Positions 25,962 to 37,409 of a stretch of DNA of 64,000 nucleotides are shown here, piece after piece. A program made the translations under genes and the position numbers. The notes beneath the pieces are model-generated. The model saw only the letters and a list, made by a program, of their open reading frames with translations. It was not told where the DNA came from and did not search any database. Source of the DNA: Eledone cirrhosa (lineage: Eukaryota); the NCBI GenBank assembly GCA_964016885.1, contig OZ024740.1:210986001-211050000 (forward strand), given 5' to 3'. The stretch's first letter is position 1. Every line of letters begins with the position of its first letter.

Positions 25962-26593
25962 TATCATGTAGTAACTAGTTAAGTCTAGCTAGCTATCATG
26001 TAGCAACTAGTTAATTCTAGCTAGCTATCATGTAGTAACTGGTTAATTCTAGCTAGCTATCATGTAGTAACTAGTTAATTCTAGCTAGCTATCATGTAGT
26101 AACTAGTTAATTCTAGCTAGCTATCATGTAGTAACTAGTTAAGTCTAGCTAGCTATCATGTAGTAACTGGTTAATTCTAGCTAGCTATCATGTAGTAACT
26201 GGTTAATTCTAGCTAGCTATCATGTAGTAACTAGTTAATTCTAGCTAGCTATCATGTAGTAACTAGTTAAGTCTAGCTATCTATCATGTAGTAACTGGTT
26301 AATTCTAGCTAGCTATCATGTAGTAACTAGTTAATTCTAGCTAGCTATCATGTAGTAACTAGTTAATTCTAGCTAGCTATCATGTAGTAACTGGTTAATT
26401 CTAGCTAGCTATCATGTAGTAACTGGTTAATTCTAGCTAGCTATCATGTAGTAACTAGTTAATTCTAGCTAGCTATCATGTAGTAACTAGTTAATTCTAG
26501 CTAGCTATCATGTAGTAACTGGTTAATTCTAGCTAGCTATCATGTAGTAACTGGTTAATTCTAGCTAGCTATCATGTAGTAACATCCATTCTC

Positions 26594-27748
26594 ATGAAGG
26601 ACAGGGACACAGCAGTGAAACTGTCCATCAAACCAATCACATCCACCGCATACACCTTCTACCCTACGTACATGGGTAGAAGAACACAAAAAATAAAAAT
26701 CCACACCATCCTGCCGATTATGGACATATGGTGGGTTTTGACAGGTTTTCTGGACCTGGAGGATGACATGCTGGTGTCCATGGGAAAGGCATCGGGTGAC
26801 GCGTTCAGTGGAACGAGCCTCGAACTTGTAGTTCAAATGAGGCCCGAAAGGATCGCCCAGATCCCTGAACGCGTCATACTGGATGATCTAACCTTCATCA
26901 ACATTACCGTTGAGGGTAGACGGCCCTCGTGTTACCTCTGCGGAACCAGAGGTCACCTGAGGGCTGTCTGTCCCCAACTTAATAAGAAAACCCCAATCCT
27001 GCCTACACCACCAACAACTGCACAACCAACACAATCACCACAACTACCACTACAAAAACAACCACCACAGCTCAAACCAAAACAAAACAATGTCCAACCC
27101 ATCCCCTCCACTCAAAAAACAAAAACAATTTCCAAAACACCCGTACCGCAAACACAACCCGAAAATATACCCCTCCCCTCCAACGCGGAAGATGACCCTA
27201 GTTCGTCGTCAGACGAGGAGGAGCACTTCCACACAATCAAAAGAAAAAAAAGAAAACACACCTCAGACACACAAATGAAAAAAACCCCTCCCCAAAACAT
27301 AACACTGACACCAACACAAAAGAGCTCACAACAGCAAACAAAAAACACCACACAAAAACAAAAACATGCATACACATACATAAATACAAGAAACAAAAAA
27401 CTGTTAAACATTGTGTACAACAACAATCTAATAAAAACACAAGGGCCTAACTTCACCCAGGCAGGGGATTTCCCCCACCTCAAAATGATTAAGGCCCCAC
27501 AGGACACCTATAAAACTTTAAAAAACAATTTTAAAGAGGACGTGGGTCCCCCCTGCGTCGGGCCCATTAACCGCGTCCTCCTAAAAAACTATCCCACCCC
27601 CTCCCCAAACACCCTCACAACTCCAAGCTCCCCAACCAGACAACACACTGATGCCCCCACACTTCCACAAACCACCACCCCACCCAACAACCCATCGCCC
27701 ACCCTAATGGAAATTGTGCAGCCCGATACCCGGGACGCAGAGAGGTAA
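26594..27748 (+). CDS. Tx1/L1 ORF1 (gag-like nucleic-acid-binding protein, probably N-terminally truncated)
   Basis: CX2CX4HX4C zinc knuckle (CYLCGTRGHLRAVC) after an RRM-like segment, followed by a P/T/Q/K-rich tail with an acidic patch and KRKKRK. Confidence 0.9.
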   Translation: MKDRDTAVKLSIKPITSTAYTFYPTYMGRRTQKIKIHTILPIMDIWWVLTGFLDLEDDMLVSMGKASGDAFSGTSLELVVQMRPERIAQIPERVILDDLTFINITVEGRRPSCYLCGTRGHLRAVCPQLNKKTPILPTPPTTAQPTQSPQLPLQKQPPQLKPKQNNVQPIPSTQKTKTISKTPVPQTQPENIPLPSNAEDDPSSSSDEEEHFHTIKRKKRKHTSDTQMKKTPPQNITLTPTQKSSQQQTKNTTQKQKHAYTYINTRNKKLLNIVYNNNLIKTQGPNFTQAGDFPHLKMIKAPQDTYKTLKNNFKEDVGPPCVGPINRVLLKNYPTPSPNTLTTPSSPTRQHTDAPTLPQTTTPPNNPSPTLMEIVQPDTRDAER

Positions 27749-27772
27749 GTGCCTTTTCTCTTCACCACCAAC

Positions 27773-30700
27773 ATGGCTATGCTAAGAGTAGGCTGTTTAA
27801 ATGCGCGTGGCCTGGGCTCAACTTGGAAGCAAGCAATGCTTCTAAATGACCTCAGGTCACAACGTATAGATGTGATGGTTATTTGCGAGGCTCGGATCAG
27901 CAACATGCGACAGCTGGCCCCCACCTTTGATGACTTTGAGATGCACGCATCTCTCTGTCAGCCCGGAGGTGGGGGTGGAGTTGTCGTTCTGCTGCAAAAA
28001 CATCTGGGTCTCGCAACACAGATGGTACATTTGGACCCGGAGGGTCGACTAGTGGTTCTGGACCTTGGCAGTGGTAAAGGCGGAGCGTTTAGGTTGGTAG
28101 CCGCCTACGGCCCTTTCGGGTCAATGCGGCCGGACTTCTTCCATCGTCTGGAGACTTTTCTAGGGACGTCCCGCTCCTTGCTATTAGTGGGGGACTGGAA
28201 TGGTATCCTAGATGCACGCTGGGACTACGTAGGGGCCTGCCCCGATAGAGAGGGGTGTAATAGCCTCAAAGGGTTAATCGGTCGATTTGACCTAGCCGAT
28301 AGATATCGACTAGATTTTCCGACTGCGCCAACCTGGACTTGGGCAAATCGTAGCGGATCATCTAGGTCGTACCTAGATAGGTTCTTAGTTAGAATTAAGG
28401 ATAAGGACCTTTTAAGTTGTCCAAAAATGCGCATTGTTGGCTATTCAGACCACAAATTAGTGACCTGCATGGTCAACCTTGACAGAACTCATAGACAGGG
28501 CCCCGGTTACTGGAAGCTCAACTTGTCCTTGCCGGCAAGTAGAGCCTACAGGAATCGGATTAGTACGTTAGTTAAGGAACGGTTGACTGGAGCGATCGTC
28601 AACAGCAGGTGGTGGGTATCTCTAAAGAGAGAGATTAGAGTAGTCTCGATAGAATTTAGTAAGGTTCTAGCTGCGGATAGGAATAGGAAGGAAAGGGAGC
28701 TAATAGATAGAGTAGAAGAGGCAGTTAGAAGCGGCGACGTGGCCAGAGTGCTAGCGTCGAGAACGGCTTTGAGCCAGTTTTTCGACGCGAAGCACGAAGG
28801 CTGCGTTGTCCGAAGTAAAATACGTGCTCTAGGGAACGAGGGGACCAAAGCTGTTAGCTGGGCCCGCGTGACAGAGGCCAACAGTGGAACTAAATCCACC
28901 ATCCGGTCTTTGCGAGACCTGGATGGACGGGCGATTCTTGAGCCTAAGCAGATGTGTGAGGCCTTTCAAAGGCACTTTGCCCGACTGTTCGGGAGGGGCG
29001 GGGAGCCGGTTGGGAACGTGGACTTCGGTCCATACCTCAACGGCCTGCCGCACCTCTCGGACAGGGAGGCGAAGTCCTGCGAGGAGCCGATTTCGGCCGC
29101 TGAGATAGAGGACGTGCTGAGCCAATGCGGCAAACGCAAATCCCCGGGTCTCGATGGTCTTCCTTACGAATTATATCTAGCTATGCCGGACTTGTTCCCC
29201 GATCTCCTCGAGGCGGTCTACTGCAACTGGCAACAGAACGGGAGAATTCCCTGTACTGTGACCAAGGGCGTAGTCACGCTAGTGAGGAAGGACGAGAACA
29301 AGGGGGACGAAATAAGTAACTTCAGGCCCATAACACTGCTAAATACAGAGTTACAGATTTTGGCCAAGGTGCTAGCAAAGAGGTTGGCGCTTGTCGTGGG
29401 CAACCTGGTGGGAGATGCGCAGACATGCGCTATCCCGTCCAGGTCCATCCATGACAACCTCCACCTCATGCGATACATCATAGAGAGGGTTGGGAACGAA
29501 CCCGGCTTTGGTGGGGCTCTGATCAACTTGGATCAATCTAAGGCGTTCGATAGGGTCGACTATGGTTACCTGGATGCGGTGCTAGCGGCGGCAGGCTTCG
29601 GACCCGTTTTCAGGGGCTGGATCACTGCTATGCACAGCAGCCGCATCTGCTCTAGGGTCAAGGTGAACGGCTACCTCTCGGAGCCGTTCAAAATCGCGCG
29701 GTCCATCCGACAAGGGTGCCCTCTCTCCTCCCTTCTGTATGTGTTGACTCTCGAGCCACTACTGCGGAAGTTGGAGTTGTTGCAGGGCATCCCTTTGGAA
29801 CCGGGATTGCGGAAAGCGGTGTCGGCCTACGCCGATGACGTGACAGTAATGGTGTCGACGGCCTCCGAAATCGAGGCGGTCGGCACCTTACTGGAGGAGT
29901 ACGAAAAGTTCACAGGGGCTAAGCTGAACCGGGACAAGTCGATCGGTTTGCAACTCGGCACGTGGAGGGGCAGACCGATGCCCTCCGATGGCGTCGTCGG
30001 ACGCTGGACGGAGGGCCCGGTGAAGTTGCTCGGGGTCTGGTTCGGACCGGACCTCCAGGTGGAGAAAAACTGGGCGGAGGTTACGAACAGGGTGTTTGCA
30101 CTGACCCAGAAGTGGGCCAGTTGCAAACTATCCCTGAAAGGTCGGGCGGAGGTGGCGAACACCTACATAGCGTCCGTCATCTACTACCGACTGACCGTAG
30201 TGCCCTGCCCAAGGGAAACCCTCACCAAGATGGAGCGCGCGCTCTTCCAATTCCTTTGGAAGAGGCGGGCTCCTATGGTGAGGAGATCCATCTGCTGTCA
30301 ACACCCTTCGAAAGGAGGGCTGGGGATGCCGTGGCTAATGATGCGTAAACACGCATTAAGGCTACGGCACCTCTACGTATTCCTCACCGGACAACCGGTG
30401 TGGGCCTCGTTTGTGAGACGAACCTTTCCCAGACTCGTCTCACTCACCGAGCTGCAATCCTGGGTCAAGCAAAGACCGAGAAAACTGGGCGCCTGGCACA
30501 CAGAGTGTGCCCAGGCGCTCACCGCCCTCTGGCAGGCGGATCCGGTTATCAGTGGAGACTCCACCGCAACATTCTATAGAGGGCTGGTACGCAGCAGGTG
30601 CGACGACGCCCTCGGAGAAGCCCTAGACATGGAGGAGGACGAACTGGCCAGCCTGTTCGGTAGGACATTCAGCCCGGGACCTATGGACAACTTCCAGAAG

Positions 30701-31216
30701 TCCCTGGCCTGGCAGTGCTACCGAGGGGCTTTACCCGTTCGAGAAAGGCTCTACAGACACGGGCGCCCGGGTAGGGAACCCGCCAAAAAGATCTGCCCCA
30801 GATGCGTGTGCGACGAGGAAACCGTTGCACACGCATTAGTACACTGCTCGGGCGTAGCCGATCTGTGGGGCTATGTCGAACAACTGCTGTCAAGGGTGGG
30901 ACCGATCCAGTTGACCACCGAGTCTATTGTAATGATCAAGCCGCCTCCCCCCTTCAAAGATGAAGATGAAGCAGAGGCGGTGTTTCTGTGCGTAATAGCC
31001 ATGGCGAAAGAGGTTGTATGGTGGACGCGTCTGAAAGGACTGAGGTCGGGCACCTTTCTCTCTGGCCAACAACTGGTCCGTTTCTTCCGATATCATTTCG
31101 GAAGAAGGATCAGGATGGAGAGAGAGGTGCTGCACCCCAGCCGTTTCTATGAAAGATGGGTGAAAGTGGCGAGAATGGCCCGTGTGAATGGGCCTTCACT
31201 CTACATCAGACTATAG
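27773..31216 (+). CDS. Tx1/L1 ORF2: APE endonuclease + reverse transcriptase + C-terminal CCHC zinc finger, intact
   Basis: APE motifs: CLNARGL, DVMVICE, GDWN, SYLDRF, YSDH. RT motifs: KSPGLDG, FRPITLLN, LDQSKAFDRV, QGCPLS, YADD. C-terminal CPRC..ETVAHALVHC. First ATG at 27773 in ORF 27749..31216. Confidence 0.97.
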   Translation: MAMLRVGCLNARGLGSTWKQAMLLNDLRSQRIDVMVICEARISNMRQLAPTFDDFEMHASLCQPGGGGGVVVLLQKHLGLATQMVHLDPEGRLVVLDLGSGKGGAFRLVAAYGPFGSMRPDFFHRLETFLGTSRSLLLVGDWNGILDARWDYVGACPDREGCNSLKGLIGRFDLADRYRLDFPTAPTWTWANRSGSSRSYLDRFLVRIKDKDLLSCPKMRIVGYSDHKLVTCMVNLDRTHRQGPGYWKLNLSLPASRAYRNRISTLVKERLTGAIVNSRWWVSLKREIRVVSIEFSKVLAADRNRKERELIDRVEEAVRSGDVARVLASRTALSQFFDAKHEGCVVRSKIRALGNEGTKAVSWARVTEANSGTKSTIRSLRDLDGRAILEPKQMCEAFQRHFARLFGRGGEPVGNVDFGPYLNGLPHLSDREAKSCEEPISAAEIEDVLSQCGKRKSPGLDGLPYELYLAMPDLFPDLLEAVYCNWQQNGRIPCTVTKGVVTLVRKDENKGDEISNFRPITLLNTELQILAKVLAKRLALVVGNLVGDAQTCAIPSRSIHDNLHLMRYIIERVGNEPGFGGALINLDQSKAFDRVDYGYLDAVLAAAGFGPVFRGWITAMHSSRICSRVKVNGYLSEPFKIARSIRQGCPLSSLLYVLTLEPLLRKLELLQGIPLEPGLRKAVSAYADDVTVMVSTASEIEAVGTLLEEYEKFTGAKLNRDKSIGLQLGTWRGRPMPSDGVVGRWTEGPVKLLGVWFGPDLQVEKNWAEVTNRVFALTQKWASCKLSLKGRAEVANTYIASVIYYRLTVVPCPRETLTKMERALFQFLWKRRAPMVRRSICCQHPSKGGLGMPWLMMRKHALRLRHLYVFLTGQPVWASFVRRTFPRLVSLTELQSWVKQRPRKLGAWHTECAQALTALWQADPVISGDSTATFYRGLVRSRCDDALGEALDMEEDELASLFGRTFSPGPMDNFQKSLAWQCYRGALPVRERLYRHGRPGREPAKKICPRCVCDEETVAHALVHCSGVADLWGYVEQLLSRVGPIQLTTESIVMIKPPPPFKDEDEAEAVFLCVIAMAKEVVWWTRLKGLRSGTFLSGQQLVRFFRYHFGRRIRMEREVLHPSRFYERWVKVARMARVNGPSLYIRL

Positions 31217-31883
31217 GTGAGGAAGATGAAAGACCAAGGGAGCACCCCTTCTCTGTGCTCCTGAGGAGAAGGGTTGCACACTTTTTTCGGGGGTGTGTGC
31301 GACCCCCCAAGGCGCCTCCTCTCTATTGAGGATTTTGTTAAAAATTTTATTTTTTGTTATATCTTATTTTATTTTTATATTTTGTTATTGCCTCCTCCTT
31401 ATTGAGGACGCCTTTTTGTGTAAACTCCCCCCTTTGTACTTGTCCCACTTTTGATGCCCTAGTGGCAAATAAAAGAAATATATCATGTAGTAACTAGTTA
31501 ATCCTAGCTAGCTATCATGTAGTAACTGGTTAATTCTAGCTAGCTATCATGTAGTAACTAGTTAAGTCTAGCTAGCTATCATGTAGTAACTAGTTAATTC
31601 TAGCTAGCTATCATGTAGTAACTGGTTAATTCTAGCTAGCTATCATGTAGTAACTAGTTAATTCTAGCTAGCTATCATGTAGTAACTAGTCAGCAGGTAT
31701 TACTATTTTCCACTGATATTTGATTTCATCGTAAATTCTTATTGAATGGACATATTTTACAACAAGCACTTGTACGTTTTCATGTACAAGAGTTCTATCA
31801 ACAATTCTGATTCAGATGATGATCGCGGAATTAAAGTGAAGTCTATTAAAGATTTTTCTATGCATGAGAGGGGGGAGAGAAGG

Positions 31884-31934
<51 letters not shown>

Positions 31935-32065
31935 TGTGTGTGAGTGAGTGTGCACATGTATTTGTGAATTTCTAAAAACGCCTATTAGAAAGATGTGCTG
32001 AAAAAGACGTATCCAATCCATGCAAGCGTGGAAAAACAGACGTGATGATGATGAAATAAACGTAC

Positions 32066-32205
32066 AGGATATTGTCGAGCATCCATGACAAATTGGTGTT
32101 GAGAAAAGATAGGAGGTCCAGCAGGACTGAAAGAAACAGATGCAGGAAGAGTTTGATTGGGATTGTGTCTGTAGATAGTCCCATCTGCATTCAGATAAAC
32201 CTGAC
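32066..32205 (-). CDS. R3HDM1/R3HDM2/ARPP21: R3HDM-family exon (GQVYLNADGTIYRHNP...DARQYP), 140 nt
   Basis: Continues the family motif GQPFxNPDG from the previous exon. Acceptor ttcttgcag|GT, donor CCT|gtacgt. Confidence 0.9.
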
Positions 32206-32496
32206 CTGCAAGAAGAAAACAAATAAAAAATAGTGGTTGATATAAGAAGTTATTACTTGTATCATAATAATCTTTCAGTTTAACATAAAACATTTTATTA
32301 GAGAGATTAGTTTATAAACCAACAAATCAAAACCAAACTGTAAGAAATGATAAGCAAAGCCACAAGATATATTAAATATCAATATAATACATTTGAAAAC
32401 AACTGAAAATGAAATTATTTCTGTTAATAGAAACGTAGAAGCCTGTCACATCTCTCTCTCTCTCTCTCTCTCTCTGTATATATATATATATATATA

Positions 32497-32905
32497 TATC
32501 ATAAATCATGTCTTTAGAATTATTAGATAAAATATATATACCGTTTCGAGATATAATTACGGTATGTACACATTCCTTCTAAGTTTAATTTTACACCTAA
32601 TTGTGTATGGTTGATGATATATTTAGTCAGTTTCTACATGCTGTCGAAATGTTGGATAAATATACTATATTGGGGCCACCGCGAAGAGGCCACTTTCGGT
32701 TATTTGTCGAAGATTTCTTCATAAGAGCCTTTCTTCTTATAGCTTGGTTTAATTGATTTTTTATATGGTTAATTATGCTAATTGGAAGAAGAAACGGTAT
32801 ATATTTTATCTAATAATTCTAAAGACATGATTTATGATATATTGCTCTGATTATTTAATTTATTAATTCTTCATAGAGCTTAAAAGTGAGCGGCTGCAAC
32901 ATATA
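32497..32905 (+). mobile_element. PLE-like remnant with ~50-bp inverted arms (32497-32549 / 32791-32841) and unpaired tail
   Basis: ATCATAAATCATGTCTTTAGAATTATTAGATAAAATATA..CCGTTTC and its reverse complement. The tail starts ATTGCTCTGAT. Confidence 0.65.
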
Positions 32906-33045
32906 TATCTATAACTTTATGTATATGTATATGTAAACCCTTATATATATATATATAGTGATCAACCGTGAGCTAATCAATCACAAAATGCACATCACAC
33001 CTGAATAAACTTAATGAAAATTTGACACTCCATCCATACTTATTA

Positions 33046-33078
<33 letters not shown>

Positions 33079-33888
33079 TGTATATACTCAAATATAAGCA
33101 AAGGAATATGTGATCCCAAAAAGGTTGATGGTAAATTTTGAGTGGGGAGGCTTATATACACCATCTAAACAATGAGTAGAATAGCTGCCTCAGCTTATAA
33201 ATAAGGTTTGGATTTTTGCTCATTTCTCAGGCATAAATCGGGAGGGGAGGGGGAGTGCATATATTCAAGTATGTATGGTATATATACATCATCATCATTT
33301 CTATATTGACTTTTCCATGTTTGCATGGGTTGGATGGGTCTTTTCCAACACAGATTCCCTTCACTTGTTTTTTATTGCATCCCTTCATCTCCTCCTCTGT
33401 GAAGTTCAGAATTTTGAGATCTGCTCTCAACACATCTGTCTAGATCTTCCTCTACACCAGTTTCCTTCCACTGGCAGCTCTCTTGCCATGTTTTCACCCA
33501 ATAATCACCATTCATGTGCATCACATTTTCATATCATTGCAGTCTTCTCTCTTACAAACTACATCTGATTCTTCTTATACTCAGTTTTTCTCTCAGCTCA
33601 TCAATGTTTCACAGTTCATTCACATTAACATTGGGATCACCCATTGGCCTAATAACAGCACTAGTTGCATTATAAGGCATTCTCATTTTCTGCTAAAAGT
33701 TTTCACTGTTTATATGGGCCACAAGCTTATAACCCAAACTCACATCACTAATTCTAGTGAAATTCTGTCCTTGTAAAGTATTTTGTTTCATTTAGTTTTG
33801 AAACATTTTTTCATTAGACATTGTATAAAATTCTAAGTTCATGTCTTCGATTAACCAACTGTTTCAGCAAAGCAACAGTTTATATTAA

Positions 33889-34109
33889 CCCTTTAGCATT
33901 TAAACCGGCGATATCTGGCCAGAATTCTCTCACCTCTTCCTATTCAAACCAGCCATAACTTGCCACTCATACTGATGTTACGGTATTGTTCTCAAAATAA
34001 ATAGAATCAAAATCTCATAGATTCAATACTATATGAGATAATTATGTGAGGTAAAGCCTTTACCATGAAAATACAATAGTATATATAGAGTAATGTAAAT
34101 GTTAAAGGG
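33889..34109. mobile_element. 221-bp piggyBac-like MITE (second copy)
   Basis: TTAA TSDs, same TIR and interior as 18514-18734. Confidence 0.9.
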
Positions 34110-34127
34110 TTAAGTTGTGTATTAGCT

Positions 34128-34260
34128 TTAGAATCCTAGCATAAGACCAGATCCATTAGAATCCTAGCATAAGACCAGATCTGTTAGAATCCTAGCATAA
34201 GACCAAGTCTATTAGAATCCTAGCATAAGACCAGATCCGTTAGAATCCTAGCATAAGACC
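34128..34260. repeat. 28-bp tandem repeat (TTAGAATCCTAGCATAAGACCAGATCCA) x ~5
   Basis: Read directly; period 28. Confidence 0.9.
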
Positions 34261-37067
34261 ATGCCCAGCTTATATAATCTAAGACAATAGAGTGGTTATG
34301 GTTTGTCATCAATGAAGGCCACCCGTCTGTGTGCTGGATATTACAAAAAAACCTATTCTATAACAAAGAGTGATGGAAATATATTCATTTCTTTTCTTTT
34401 CTAGGTTGAGAACCAAAACATACAAATGCCAACTTTTCTGTATATTCTGCATATTCTGCATATTAGAAGGTTATTTTCTAGTTTAATGCTCTTCTGGTAT
34501 TCATCAAGTTTATGAATTGGTTGGTTGTCTTCAATAAGCTACTTTGGTAATCAGAAAATTATCTGGTACATATGAATTATCCAGTACATATGAATCAGGT
34601 TTCATTTCTCAACCTACTCATGCTTAGTAAATGTATTCCACATGCTACCACCATAAATGAAACTTAAGGGTCAGTTCATCTCTTTGGTCCCGGCCATGAT
34701 CCTTTTGGAAACTTGCTCTCTTGAATGACTTATTAAACAATATATGTGAATTGTTTCTTGTTGATAACAACTGGTAATATTTTAAGATAATTGCCACTTG
34801 AGGCTTCCTTTAAGTGCTGTTATAGACATACACCATATCTCTTCCATCTATGAAACATTGAACACAAATCAAGTGTTACAAGTCTTGTCTTGTGCAACAA
34901 GTCTCTTAAAACTGACACCTATTTTGTAGCTTTGACAATATTTTTATCAATCTGATCCACATTTGTGTATGGTATTATCATTATTGCAAGAGTAATGAAA
35001 GTTTTTTTTTTTTGTTTATCATTATAAAATATCTTTTTATTGTCCCCAACTCCCAATTGTCTATGGAACTAACACCAATACATTTCTCTTCAATATCATC
35101 AACGATAGAGTTTTTCATTTAATAAAATAATTCACATTGCCTGAAAAGAAGTGCAAACAATGTTTTACTTTCAAGTAAAATTGCCATCTATTAGAATATA
35201 TATTCAATTTCAGAAAATCTTTTCCATCTTTGTGCTCTCATTGTCATTGTAAAAATGTAAAGTATTCTATTCATTGAAATAGCATGGAAGTGGCTGAGTA
35301 TTCCACAATAACCATAACATAATTATTAGGAAGAACCAGGATGACTGTGTGATGAGGCTGGTAATCTATCTGATGGACAAAAGTCTATTTGAGTCTATGG
35401 TAAAAGACACCCAGTACGTACGATGCCATGCAACGGAAACAAACTGTGAGCTCATTATTTCAAAACAAACTTCTAACGACACTGCCATGGTGAGTATAAG
35501 ACATTCATACAAAGTCTGGAATATCTTATAATTATAAGGGAAAAGTCTGCTCATTTATGAAGACGATAAATATGATGGGAGTTCAGAGAATTACACACAT
35601 ACACAAATATATATATAGAGAGCTTCTAGTGGTAAGAAATGATGGGAGTTTAGAGAATTGCACACACAAATATAAATATAGCTTCTGGTGGTAAGAAACT
35701 TTCAGGAGTTTCTTACCACAAGAAGTTTCTACATTTTATTAATATTAAATTTTTAAAAGACTAATTACTTTACAGAATTTAACAAAACAATTTTCAGCCT
35801 ACAGATTATTCTTTTACAGAAAATTAGCTTAAAATAAATTCTAAACAGTCTCAATATATTTTTGAATGAAAATATGGTTTATTTTGATTACAATAAACAA
35901 TGTTGAGAAGAAGAAGAATTTTTCATTGTAGAATTTTGTCATTTCCTACATTAATTCTCTGGATATTTTAAGTGGTTTGCTAAAAACAAAATTCCATTCC
36001 TGAATCAGAATGAAATGAAGTGAATCAGTAAATGAGGTGAATGGTTAGAAGGTATTTACTTGCAATACTTCAATTCCTAATTAACAGTACGGGTCAGTGA
36101 AGTTCACAGGTAAACAGAAACAATAAGAACAATAAGATCAATAGAGCTTTACCACCTCCACATTACTTCAGGAACTAAACATCATATAATAGAATACAAA
36201 GAAGCATCATCATCTTAATGAATGTAAGAATGTAACATTTACACTGTTGTTTCACAGCACTTCCTGTTTAGAAGATCTAGAAAATGTTATCAGTGTCTTT
36301 TTTCTTTTAAATTATGGAAATTTACGTTTTCTTTGATTAAGTTCAAAGCCAATTGTCATTTGTTTGTGTATGTGTGTTATATATATATCATTGATTAATG
36401 TATCTTCCACGCTAGCATGGGTTAGACGGGTTTGTTCCATTTAGAGGCAAGGTGTGTCGGATGACCGTGTCTCACTCATATAGGAGAGTTTCTGGCTGGT
36501 TTTCTATGGCTGGATGTCCTTCCTAATGCCAACTATATTGACAGTGTGTGCTGGGTGCTTTTTGCTGTCTTTTACTCGTCCACTATACAGTGTGGACTGG
36601 ATGCTTTTTGTCGTGACACCTAGTGTATGTGATTCAGTGAATTACTAGTGGTGGTACCAAACCAAGCACCCTATACACAGGCAGAGTGTATATATTCAGA
36701 AAAATGATGAAGTTTCATTTACATGTAGTTTTCTATTGTGTATCGATCGACCTGTTACATTTTAAAGGTGAAAAGCTTAGTATGGTTTAATGAACTTTAA
36801 AAACAAGGAAATCATAAAACATGCTTTTAAAAACTTTTGAAAAGTAAGGCAAAACCCCCAAAAAATCAACAATAAAAATCAACAATAAAAAAAAAACTAA
36901 AAAAAAAAAACAATCACAAAAATACAATATATAATCGAGGTTAAAATTCACCCCGAAATGGAATCGATAAAACAAAGGGATTATAGAACATAGTTAATAA
37001 TAAGCAATGTTTAAAGGTAAAATTAAGTGTAAGGAATCTGAACCCTAAGCTAATATAGTTAGAATTT

Positions 37068-37387
37068 ATTGTGTGGATCTGTCTGATTCTGGACCCGCAG
37101 GTTCGACGGACACGTCTAATGATTTCGGAGCATATTCTCTCACCAGAGAGAATATGCTCCGAAATCATTAGACGTGTCCGTCGAACCTGTGGGTCCTGAA
37201 TCAGGCAGATCCACACAATGATCGTGTCTCGAGCTGTCCGCCGGCGAAACAATTGTAACACACAATAAATTGAGTCCAGATGCATCACTGATTTTTCGTT
37301 TTCTATTATATCACACTCTGCTCTGCAAGAGCATAGAGTGCTCAACTAGCATACCGCCTATGGAAGCATCTTAGCTACCATCAGACA
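37068..37387 (+). mobile_element. Solo PLE-like pLTR fragment with 74-bp fold-back (37068-37219, loop ACCA)
   Basis: 74-bp arms with 3 mismatches. The sense part matches 60740-60985. Confidence 0.8.
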
Positions 37388-37409
37388 TATATATATATAT
37401 ATATATATA

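Larger units (their letters stand above)
26584..31480 (+). mobile_element. Near full-length Tx1-clade (L1-like) non-LTR retrotransposon in 32-bp minisatellite, antisense to host gene
   Basis: ORF1, ORF2 and 3' UTR ending AATAAAAGAAATA. Flanked by a 14-bp TSD TATCATGTAGTAAC (26570-26583 and 31481-31494). Slightly 5'-truncated: ORF1 runs open to the junction and there is no 5' UTR. Confidence 0.95.
22171..31690. repeat. 32-bp palindrome-rich minisatellite (TTAATTCTAGCTAGCTATCATGTAGTAACTRG)n, about 80 units in three blocks: 22171-23923, 25962-26583, 31481-31690
   Basis: Tandem units read directly; the array is interrupted by the two Tx1 elements. Confidence 0.97.

Noticed and set aside
27589-31135. 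Multiple short minus-strand and alternate-frame ORFs in the Tx1 element
   Set aside because: Shadow ORFs of a GC-rich coding sequence with no recognisable motifs.
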